Of a stretch of 23,186 nt of DNA, positions 15,391 through 23,186 are shown piece after piece. The DNA is from Gemmatimonadota bacterium (GTDB lineage: Bacteria; Gemmatimonadota; Gemmatimonadetes; Gemmatimonadales; Gemmatimonadaceae). The position numbers were made by a program, and so were the translations under genes. The DNA lies in assembly GCA_031372565.1 (NCBI GenBank), contig JANMLN010000009.1, forward strand, positions 1-23,186, written 5' to 3'. Position 1 is the stretch's first letter. Every line of letters begins with the position of its first letter. A model generated the notes under the pieces. That model saw only the letters and a list, made by a program, of their open reading frames with translations, did not search any database and was not told the DNA's origin.

Positions 15391-16800
15391 GTGACTTCAC
15401 CTCGCCCACTCCCGTCCGACGCGTCGTTCGCCGGTGTCGACGCATCGGTCGCGGCCGAGCTGCTGACGGTCGGCGGCGATTTCGCGCTCACGCTGGACGC
15501 GCGCGGGTCGATCGTTGACGTGCGCATGAACGCGGCCGACGGCGAGGGACTGGACACGAGCAACTGGATCGGGCGTTCGCTCTCCCAGATCGTCACCTCG
15601 GAAACGCGCGGCAAGGCCGAGGCGCTCGTCGCGGAGGGGTCGATGCGCGGCATCGCGAGGCGCCGACAGGTGAACCACCCGCAGCGCGGCGCGCCCGACT
15701 TCCCGGTCCAGTACTCCGCGATCAAGGTGCGCGACCAGCGGCTGGTGGTGATCGGCCGCGATCTGCGGTCGCAGTCGGCCCTGCAGCAGCGCCTGGTCGC
15801 CGCGCAGGAGACGATGGAGCGCGACTATTGGCGCCTGCGGCACGCCGAGACGCGGTATCGTCACATCTTCCAGATGGCGAACGAGGCGATCCTGGTGCTC
15901 GACGCGGACAGCTATCGGATCCTCGATGCGAACCGCGCGGCACTGGCGCTCTTCGCGCTCGAGTCCGACGCGCTGGTCGGTCAGGCCTTCCCGGTGGCGG
16001 TGCGCGACGAGGACGTCGACACCATGCGGGCGATGCTCGCACAGGCGCGGTCGACGGGCCGCTCCGACGACGAACGCGGCGAGATGGCCGTGACCGGCCG
16101 CGCGTTCACGGCGAGCGCCACCTGCTTCCGGCAGGAACAAGGCACGGTCATGCTGCTGCGCCTGGTCAGCGATCAGGATGGGGAGCAGCCGCCGTTGCTC
16201 GAACTGCTCGAGCGTGCCCCTGACGCATTCGTGGTGACGGACCTCCTGGGACGGATCCTGACGGCGAATGCCGCCTTCCTTGGCCTGGCCGACCTGCAGA
16301 CGGCCCAGGAGGTCGTCGGCATGTCGCTGGGGCGCTGGCTCGGACACGCCGACGCGGATGTGCCGCAGTATCTGGAGCGTCTGCGCGAGCAAGGCATGGT
16401 GCGCCTGGCGCGGACCTCGCTGCGTTCGCACCACGGAGCGCTGAGCGAAGTCGAAGTGTCCGCCGTCTGGGCGGAGGACGGCGACCTCCCCTGCGTGGGG
16501 TGGGTCATCCGCGACATCGGGCGCCGTCCGGTGCTGGGTCCGGAGTCGGTGCGCGACCTTGCGCGCGCCGTGGAGCACCTCACGCAGCTCGTCGGCCAAG
16601 TCTCGCTGCGCGAGCTGGTGCGCGACACGATCGACCTGGTGGAGCGCCACTTCATCGGCGCCGCGCTGGAGCTCACGCGCAACAATCGCACGTCGGCCGC
16701 CGAGGTGCTGGGCGTCAGTCGGCAGAGCCTCTATGTGAAGCTCCGACGTTATCGCTTCCAGAACCTCGACGAGACGGACGCTGGTGAGCGCGATCCCTGA
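15391..16800 (+). CDS. ppsR: Photosynthesis gene regulator PpsR/CrtJ (PAS domains plus Fis-type HTH)
   Basis: Q-linker GRDLR....LQQRLV.AQ..MERDYW..R..ETRYR, PAS repeats, and ALELTRNNRTSAAEVLGVSRQSLYVKLRRY. Start uncertain; GTG 15391 chosen to avoid overlap with aerR. Confidence 0.95.
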   Translation: MTSPRPLPSDASFAGVDASVAAELLTVGGDFALTLDARGSIVDVRMNAADGEGLDTSNWIGRSLSQIVTSETRGKAEALVAEGSMRGIARRRQVNHPQRGAPDFPVQYSAIKVRDQRLVVIGRDLRSQSALQQRLVAAQETMERDYWRLRHAETRYRHIFQMANEAILVLDADSYRILDANRAALALFALESDALVGQAFPVAVRDEDVDTMRAMLAQARSTGRSDDERGEMAVTGRAFTASATCFRQEQGTVMLLRLVSDQDGEQPPLLELLERAPDAFVVTDLLGRILTANAAFLGLADLQTAQEVVGMSLGRWLGHADADVPQYLERLREQGMVRLARTSLRSHHGALSEVEVSAVWAEDGDLPCVGWVIRDIGRRPVLGPESVRDLARAVEHLTQLVGQVSLRELVRDTIDLVERHFIGAALELTRNNRTSAAEVLGVSRQSLYVKLRRYRFQNLDETDAGERDP

Positions 16801-17716
16801 GGTCATGACGCCGTCGCCGCCGAACGCGGTGCGACGGACGCCCGCCCCCGGCGCGGTGCTCACGCTCCTCAAGCCGGTCACCTGGTTTCCGCCCATGTGG
16901 GCGTTCCTCTGCGGCGTCGTCTCCTCGGGCGCGCCGTTCACGGGGAACGGCTGGATCCTCGCCGGCGGCATTTTTCTCTGCGGTCCCCTCACCTGCGCGA
17001 GCAGCCAGGCGGTGAACGACTGGTTCGACCGGCACGTGGACGCGATCAACGAGCCGGGACGCCCGATTCCCTCGGGCCGCATTCCCGGCCGATGGGGGCT
17101 TGGCATCGCGATCGTCTGGTCGCTGCTGGCGCTCGCATGGTCGTCACTCTTCGGGGTGCTGGGGCTCACCGCCACGGCCGTCGCCCTGGCGCTGTCGTGG
17201 GGCTACAGCATGCCGCCGTTCCGCTTCAAGCAGAACGGCTGGGTCGGGAACGGCGCGGTGGGGCTCGCCTACGAGGGACTCGCGTGGCTCACCGGCATCG
17301 TGGTCGTGAGCGGTCACATGCCGACGAGTGCGCAGTGGTGGTGCATCGGGCTGTATTCGCTGGCGGGACACGGGATCCTCACGCTCAACGACTTCAAGGC
17401 CATCGACGGCGATCGGCAGATGGGGGTCAACTCCTTGCCCGTGCTGCACGGAGCCCCCGCCGCAGGTCGCATTGCCACCGGGATCATGCTCGTCAGCCAG
17501 TTGGCGATGCTGGCGCTGCTGCTCCTGTGGGGACGGCCCGGACACGCGGCGGTGCTGGCGTTGCTCATCGGCGTGCAGGTGCTGATGTTCCGCACGTTCG
17601 TGCGAGCGCCGATCGAGAAAGCCTTGTGGCTCTCCGCGGCGGGCGTTCCGCTCGAGGTGCTGGGCATGCTCGTCTCGGCGCTGGCCGTGCGCTCCTCTCC
17701 GCTGCTTCATGGCTGA
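16784..17716 (+). CDS. bchG: Bacteriochlorophyll a synthase
   Basis: LLKPVTWFPPMWAFLCG, SQAVNDWFDRHVDAINEP.RPIPSGR, YEGLAW.TG and TLNDFKAIDGDRQMGV.SLPV. Start is GTG 16784 or ATG 16805. Confidence 0.97.
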   Translation: MSAIPEVMTPSPPNAVRRTPAPGAVLTLLKPVTWFPPMWAFLCGVVSSGAPFTGNGWILAGGIFLCGPLTCASSQAVNDWFDRHVDAINEPGRPIPSGRIPGRWGLGIAIVWSLLALAWSSLFGVLGLTATAVALALSWGYSMPPFRFKQNGWVGNGAVGLAYEGLAWLTGIVVVSGHMPTSAQWWCIGLYSLAGHGILTLNDFKAIDGDRQMGVNSLPVLHGAPAAGRIATGIMLVSQLAMLALLLLWGRPGHAAVLALLIGVQVLMFRTFVRAPIEKALWLSAAGVPLEVLGMLVSALAVRSSPLLHG

Positions 17717-19049
17717 TTCTGCTTCGCCGGGCCTTCGCTGGCCCCATATCGTCCGCATCGGGCTCGTGCAGGCTGCCATCGGCGCGATCGTGGTGCTGAT
17801 GACCAGCACCGTGAACCGCGTGATGGTGGTCGAACTGGCGCTGCCCGCCATCGTGCCCGGCTTGCTCGTGGCCGCACACAACGTGATCCAGTTCGGGTTG
17901 CGCCCGGGCATGGGACACGGCTCGGACGTGTCGGGCAAGCGGGAGGCGTGGATCATCGGCGGCATGGCACTGCTCGCGCTGGCGGGCATCGGGGCGTCGG
18001 CTGCCACGGCGACGATCGCCACGTCGCGCGGATGGGGACTGGCGGCGGCGACGATCTGCTTCCTGGGCATCGGCGCCGGCGTGAGCGCGGCCGGTACGCC
18101 GCTGCTCGCGCTGCTGGCAGAGCGCGTGGTGCCCGAGCGCCGGGCGCGCGCGGCGGCCCTGGTGTGGATCATGATGATTGCCGGCTTCATCATCACGACG
18201 CTCGTGGTGAGCAAGCTGCTCGTTCCCTTCTCGTACGTGCGACTCGTGCAGGTGACCGCGATCGTGGGGGCCGGCGCATTCGTCGTGGCCACCGCTGCCG
18301 TGCGCGGACTCGAGCGCGCCGCGCCGCCTGTGCTCGCCCCGGCGGAGCGCGCGCCTCGGGAGACCCGCTTTCGCGCGGCGCTGTCGAGCGTGTGGGCCGA
18401 CCCCGCGGCACGCGCCTTCTGCTGGTTCATCACGCTGGCGATGTTCGCCTACAGCGCGCAGGACCTGATTCTCGAGCCGTTCGCCGGACTGGTCTTCGGC
18501 ATGTCGCCGGCCGAGTCGACGGCGGTGTCCGGCATCCATCAGCGCGGGTTGCTGGTCGGCATGCTCGCCACGGCGGCGGTCGCACCGCGCATGGGGACCT
18601 CCGCGCGCTGGGCGAGCGCGGGCTGCGTGCTCTCGTCCCTCTTCTTCGTGCTGCTGGCCTGCTCGCCGCTGACCGGGAGCACGCTCGTGCTGAAGGCAAC
18701 GCTCGTGGCGCTGGGCTTCGGCAACGGCATGTACTCGATCGGTGCGCTGGCGTCGATGATGGCGCTGACCGCCGACAAGACCGACGGCAAGGCCGGGCTG
18801 CGCATGGGCGTCTTCGGCGCTGCACAGGCCGTGGCCATGGGGACCGGCAACTTCCTGGGCGCGGCGGGCAGTGACGTGGCGCGCGCCTCGCTCGGATCAT
18901 CCACGGGCGGGTACGTCGCGGTGTTCGCCGTCGAGGCGCTGCTCTTTGCGATCGCTGCGGTGTTCGCGCTGCGTGCGACGGCGCGCACCGAAATGCGGTT
19001 CGCGGTGGGCAGCGCCGACGGCGATGCGCTCCTGGCGGCGATCCGATGA
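17709..19049 (+). CDS. pucC: BCD/PucC-family MFS protein (bch2/orf428-like)
   Basis: RIGLVQAAIGAIVVLMTST.NRVMVVEL.LPA, RP..G.GSD, SAQDLILEPFAG and GLRMGVFGAAQA; conserved position between bchG and bchP. Confidence 0.85.
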   Translation: MADSASPGLRWPHIVRIGLVQAAIGAIVVLMTSTVNRVMVVELALPAIVPGLLVAAHNVIQFGLRPGMGHGSDVSGKREAWIIGGMALLALAGIGASAATATIATSRGWGLAAATICFLGIGAGVSAAGTPLLALLAERVVPERRARAAALVWIMMIAGFIITTLVVSKLLVPFSYVRLVQVTAIVGAGAFVVATAAVRGLERAAPPVLAPAERAPRETRFRAALSSVWADPAARAFCWFITLAMFAYSAQDLILEPFAGLVFGMSPAESTAVSGIHQRGLLVGMLATAAVAPRMGTSARWASAGCVLSSLFFVLLACSPLTGSTLVLKATLVALGFGNGMYSIGALASMMALTADKTDGKAGLRMGVFGAAQAVAMGTGNFLGAAGSDVARASLGSSTGGYVAVFAVEALLFAIAAVFALRATARTEMRFAVGSADGDALLAAIR

Positions 19050-19080
19050 TGGCGTACCGCACGCCAGGCGTGGCGACGTG

Positions 19081-20274
19081 ATGCGCACAGAATTCGACGT
19101 CCTGGTGGTCGGGGGGGGGCCCGCGGGCGCAACGGCAGCGCATGAACTGGCGCTCGGCGGACTCTCGGTCTGTCTGCTCGACAAGGCGGGGCGCATCAAG
19201 CCGTGCGGAGGCGCCGTCCCGCCGCAACTGCTGGTGGATTTCGAGGTCCCGGAGCATTTGATGATGGCCCGCGTCGAAACGGCGCGCATGGTCTCACCGC
19301 ATGGATGCAAGGTCGACATCCCCGTGGGCAAGGGCTACGTCGGGATGGTCGATCGTGGCATGTTCGATGAATGGCTGCGTGAGCGGGCACGGTCGGCGGG
19401 CGCCGAACGCCGCACCGGGATCTTCCAGTCGATGACGCGGGATCGGGACTGTCGCACGACCGTGCACTACGTGAGCGGCCGATCGCGCAGCGGCGAGACC
19501 GACACGGTGCGTGCCAAGTGGGTGGTCGGCGCCGATGGCGCCTTGTCCAAGGTGGCGCGCGAGGCGCTCCCCAAGGAAGCGGCGCGGAGTCGCCATGTGT
19601 TTGCGTATCACGAGGTGGTCGCATCGCCGACGTCTGACAGCGAGATGTTCGGGCACGACCGCGCCGACGTGATCTACGACGCGCGGTGGTCGCCCGACTT
19701 TTACGCCTGGGTCTTTCCGCATGGCGAAACGACCAGCATCGGGACCGGCAGCATGCAGCAGGGGTTCAAACTGCGCGAGGCGATCGCCGATCTGCGGGCG
19801 GACATGGGCTTTGCCGGCGCTGCGACGCTGCGGTGCGAGGGCGCGCCGATTCCGCTGCGCCCGCTGTCGCGCTGGGACAACGGCCGTGACGTCGTGCTGG
19901 CCGGCGATGCGGCCGGTGTGGTGGCGCCAGCCAGCGGCGAGGGGATCTTCTACGCGATGACGGGCGGCCGCTGCGCGGCGCGAGCCGTCATGAAGGCGCA
20001 CCGCATGGCCCACCCCGGCTACCTGCGCTCGGCGCGCCGGTCGTTCATGTGGCAGCACGGACAGGTGTTTCTGGTGCTGGACATCATGCAGCGTTTCTGG
20101 TATTCCAACGATGATCGCCGCGAGCGTTTTGTGGCGATTTGCCGAGATCTCGATGTGCAGCACCTTGCGTTCGAGGCCTACATGCGTAAACGTTTGGTTA
20201 TCGCCAGACCCCTCGCCCATGCCAGAATCTTCCTGAAAAACATCGGACACCTAGCGGGTGTCTTGTCCGCGTGA
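19081..20274 (+). CDS. bchP: Geranylgeranyl (bacteriochlorophyll) reductase, 397 aa
   Basis: FAD motif VVGGGPAG, GRIKPCGGAVPP, GMVDR..FDEWLR.RA, SPDFYAWVFPHG and LAGDAAGVVAPASGEGIFYAM. Confidence 0.97.
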   Translation: MRTEFDVLVVGGGPAGATAAHELALGGLSVCLLDKAGRIKPCGGAVPPQLLVDFEVPEHLMMARVETARMVSPHGCKVDIPVGKGYVGMVDRGMFDEWLRERARSAGAERRTGIFQSMTRDRDCRTTVHYVSGRSRSGETDTVRAKWVVGADGALSKVAREALPKEAARSRHVFAYHEVVASPTSDSEMFGHDRADVIYDARWSPDFYAWVFPHGETTSIGTGSMQQGFKLREAIADLRADMGFAGAATLRCEGAPIPLRPLSRWDNGRDVVLAGDAAGVVAPASGEGIFYAMTGGRCAARAVMKAHRMAHPGYLRSARRSFMWQHGQVFLVLDIMQRFWYSNDDRRERFVAICRDLDVQHLAFEAYMRKRLVIARPLAHARIFLKNIGHLAGVLSA

Positions 20275-20276
20275 CA
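20259..20276. promoter_or_regulatory. Perfect PpsR box (TGT-N12-ACA) over the bchP stop codon, upstream of hemA
   Basis: TGTCTTGTCCGCGTGACA; the dyad extends to GGTGTC-N10-GACACC (20257-20278) and the box ends 62 nt before the hemA ATG. Confidence 0.65.
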
Positions 20277-20338
20277 CCTTATGTGCCAGCCGTACCGTCC
20301 GTTTAGGTAGGCCCTCCCATTCTGACCACCTGAAATCG

Positions 20339-21682
20339 ATGCTGATTTCGATCGCAGTCGACTTCCATTCCGCGGATGTAGCAACGCGCGAGCGTTTCCA
20401 CCTCTCGGAGGAGCGGCTCAACGCGCTCTACGGAACGCCTCGGGACCAGACCCTGCGCGAACTTGCGCTGGTCTCGACGTGCAACCGGACCGAGTTGTAC
20501 GCGTGGGCCGAGGCGGACGGGCCAGACGTCATCGACCACCTGTCACAGACGTTGGCACGGCGCTGGATGGGAAGCCGCAAGGAAGCCCACGCGCTCCTCC
20601 AGATCGCACGCCGACGCACCGGCATCGACGTCGCGCGGCACATCATGCGCGTGGCCGCCGGACTCGAGTCGCAGGTGTTGGGCGACGGCCAGATCCTTGG
20701 GCAGCTCAAGACGGCCTATCGGCTGGCCAATGCCCGCGGCACGGCGGGGCCGGTGCTGCATCGACTGATCGAAACCGCGCTGCGCACGGGCAAGCGCGTG
20801 ACCACCGAGACATCGATCTCGGCCGGACGCAACTCGGTGGGCGCCGAAGCGGCGGCCATGGTGATGCATCGCTTCGGCTCACTGGCGCATGCCCGCGTGG
20901 TGGTGGTGGGCTGTGGCAAGACGGGAGAACGTGCAGCGCGCCAGCTGAAGAAGCTTGGCGCGCAGGATGTGGTCCTGCTCAATCGCACGATGAGCCGCGC
21001 CGTCGAATTGGCGAACGCCGTGGGTGGACGCGCGGCGCCGTGGGATGCGATGCATCTCGAGCTCGCGATGGCCGACGCCGCGATCGTGGCGACCGGCGCC
21101 GAATTGCCGCTCGTCAAGACGGAGCTGCTGCGCGAGTGCCGCGAGAACTGCGGCACGGCGGGCTACCCTTTGGTGCTGCTCGATCTGTCGGTGCCACGCA
21201 ACATCGAGCCTGGGGTGCGCCAGCTCGACGGACTTTCGCTGGTGGACCTCGACCAGCTGCACTCTCCCATCGTCGCGGCGGAGGAGGCTCGGCGTGCCGC
21301 CGTGCCCTCGGCCAACTCGATTGTCGAGGAAGAGCTCGACGTCTTCATGGAGTGGTCATCGGCCGCGGCGGCACGCGCCGTGATCCGGCCGCTGCATGAC
21401 GCGCTGGTCGAAGTGGCGCGCCGGGAAGTGGCCTTCGCCGCCGGCGATGATGCCGTCGCCGTCCGCACCGCCGACCGGATCGTCGCCAAGCTGCTCGCGC
21501 GCCCCATGAACGCGCTGCGGAACGCGATCCAGCGCGGCGAGACGCTCGACGACCTGATGCTCACCATGGACCAGCTGTTCGCGGAGCATGGCGTGCGGAA
21601 GGCCCTGCACGGCCGGTCGCATGCGCTGTCCGCCATGCCCCCCGTGGTCCTCGAGAACGCTGTGCGCACGCAGGGAGCCTGA
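20339..21682 (+). CDS. hemA: Glutamyl-tRNA reductase (C5 pathway), 447 aa
   Basis: Catalytic STCNRTELY, VAAGLESQVLGDGQILGQ, NADPH motif VVGCGKTG, NRT..RA..LA and DLSVPRNIE. Confidence 0.95.
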   Translation: MLISIAVDFHSADVATRERFHLSEERLNALYGTPRDQTLRELALVSTCNRTELYAWAEADGPDVIDHLSQTLARRWMGSRKEAHALLQIARRRTGIDVARHIMRVAAGLESQVLGDGQILGQLKTAYRLANARGTAGPVLHRLIETALRTGKRVTTETSISAGRNSVGAEAAAMVMHRFGSLAHARVVVVGCGKTGERAARQLKKLGAQDVVLLNRTMSRAVELANAVGGRAAPWDAMHLELAMADAAIVATGAELPLVKTELLRECRENCGTAGYPLVLLDLSVPRNIEPGVRQLDGLSLVDLDQLHSPIVAAEEARRAAVPSANSIVEEELDVFMEWSSAAAARAVIRPLHDALVEVARREVAFAAGDDAVAVRTADRIVAKLLARPMNALRNAIQRGETLDDLMLTMDQLFAEHGVRKALHGRSHALSAMPPVVLENAVRTQGA

Positions 21683-21683
21683 G

Positions 21684-22813
21684 TTGACGAACGTGCACGC
21701 GGCGGCGACGGTCGCCGCCCTCAAGAACGACCTCTTCCTGCGCGCCGCGCGCGGCGAGGTCACGGAACGCCCGCCGGTATGGATGATGCGTCAGGCGGGG
21801 CGGTACCTCCCCGAGTATCGTGCCGTCCGCGCGAAGTCCGACTTCCTCACGATGTGCCGCACGCCGGAACTGGCGGTCGAAGTCACGATGCAGCCGGTCA
21901 ACCTGATGCACGTGGATGCCGCGATCATTTTCAGCGACATCCTCGTCGTGCCGCAGGCGCTCGGCATGGAGCTGCACATGGACGAAGGGATCGGGCCGCA
22001 GTTCCCCGCTCCCCTGCGCAAGGCGGCCGATCTCGGCCGGTTGCGCGAGGTCGAGGTCGAGACCGACCTCAAGTACATGCTGGATGCCGTGCGACTCGCT
22101 CGACGCGAATTGAACGGCCGCGTGCCCCTGATCGGCTTCGCGGGCGCCCCGTGGACACTCGCCTCGTACATGATCGAGGGAAAGGGCACGAAGAACTTCC
22201 ACGTCGCGAAGCGGTTGATCGTGGAGGCGCCGGACATGGCGCATGCCTTGCTGGCCAGACTGGCCACGGTCGTGGGCAATTTCCTGGTCGCGCAGGTACA
22301 CGCCGGGGCGCAGGCCGTGCAGATCTTTGACTCGTGGGCCGGGGCACTCGCACCGGCCGAGTTCCGGCAGTTCGCACTGCCGTACCTCGCGCGACCTGCG
22401 CGATCGCGCGGACGGCCGGGGTGCCGGTGACCGTGTTCGCGCCCGGCGCGGGCTGGGCACTCGAGCAGCTCGTGGAAGCGACCGGGTGCGACGTGCTCGG
22501 CATCGACTGGCAGGTGGATCCGGCGGATGCACGAAAGCGACTCGCGAACCACCGCGTCGCCGTGCAGGGGAACCTCGATCCCTCGCTGCTGTTCGGGACG
22601 CCGGAGTTCGTGGCGAATCGCACGCGCAAGATGCTCGACGCGTTCGGAAGTCACGGCTACATCGCCAACCTTGGTCACGGCATCCTGCCGGAGACACCGG
22701 TGGCGAGCGCGCGCGCCTTCATCGATACCGTGCGGGAATGGACGGCGCCGGGTGTGCTGGCCGCGGCAGGCAGTCATGCGCCGCACGGCCGGACCTCGGC
22801 GCTGACGGCGTGA
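21684..22813 (+). CDS. hemE: Uroporphyrinogen decarboxylase; frameshifted near 22392-22394 (sequencing error or pseudogene)
   Basis: The first frame has [35 protein letters not shown] and QIFDSWAG, and stops at 22430. A second frame continues VPVTVF..G, GIDW, VQGNLDP and [12 protein letters not shown] to TGA 22813. One base appears to be missing. Confidence 0.9.
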
Positions 22814-23186
22814 CCGACCTCGCCGGGGCCGACGCCCCGGTCGCGGCCACCGACGATGTCCGCGCCCGGGCCATGGCGTGGGCTGAAGGGGTCCACAACA
22901 CCCTCTGCGCCCTGTTCGAGCGCCTCGATGGAGAGGCCTCCTTTCGCGAGGACCGGTGGGAGCGCGAGGGCGGCGGCGGTGGCTTCGCGCGCGTCATGAC
23001 CAACGGCGCCGTGTTCGAGAAGGCCGGCGTCGGCTTCTCACGTGTCGCTGGCAGCAAGCTGCCACCATCGGCCAGCGAGCAGCGGCCCGAGCTGGCGGGA
23101 CGCGGGTTCACGGCGCTCGGTGTCTCGCTGGTGATCCACCCGGTCAATCCCTACGTGCCGATCTCGCACATGAACGTGCGCCTGTT
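22810..23186 (+). CDS. hemF: O2-dependent coproporphyrinogen III oxidase, 5' part only; runs off the window edge
   Basis: Not in the ORF track. From GTG 22810 (GTGA overlap with hemE): ...[73 protein letters not shown]. Confidence 0.95.
   Translation, partial: MTDLAGADAPVAATDDVRARAMAWAEGVHNTLCALFERLDGEASFREDRWEREGGGGGFARVMTNGAVFEKAGVGFSRVAGSKLPPSASEQRPELAGRGFTALGVSLVIHPVNPYVPISHMNVRL

Noticed and set aside
15397..18433. Minus-strand ORFs of 592 and 429 aa
   Set aside because: Antisense shadows of ppsR, bchG and pucC.
22385..22400. Programmed ribosomal frameshift in hemE
   Set aside because: No X XXY YYZ slippery site and no precedent I know of for hemE.

Overview
High-GC bacterial window that is almost entirely one block of an anoxygenic (type II reaction centre, bacteriochlorophyll a) photosynthesis gene cluster. 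Two arms diverge from a short control region at about 14281-14534. Minus-strand arm: bchF-bchN-bchB-bchH-bchL-bchM-(BciE-like ORF)-acsF-lhaA-puhA (split into two genes)-puhB-puhC, then the 5' end of an unrelated malQ (4-alpha-glucanotransferase). Plus-strand arm: aerR/ppaA-ppsR-bchG-pucC(bch2)-bchP, followed by a tetrapyrrole trunk operon hemA (glutamyl-tRNA reductase)-hemE (frameshifted in this sequence)-hemF (partial). The split H subunit and the position of acsF between bchM and lhaA resemble phototrophic Gemmatimonadota; this taxonomic call is an inference. Most genes belong to well-known families, and I see no wholly new system. The features most worth follow-up are: a membrane-anchored BciE-like protein upstream of acsF; a symmetric 34-bp double PpsR-type operator whose ends are the -35 boxes of two divergent promoters; a PpsR lacking the canonical redox cysteine; a perfect PpsR box in front of a C5-pathway hemA-hemE-hemF operon joined to the cluster; and the cluster ending at malQ with no puf, puhE or bchCXYZ in view. 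All family assignments come from motif recognition by eye, with no database search.
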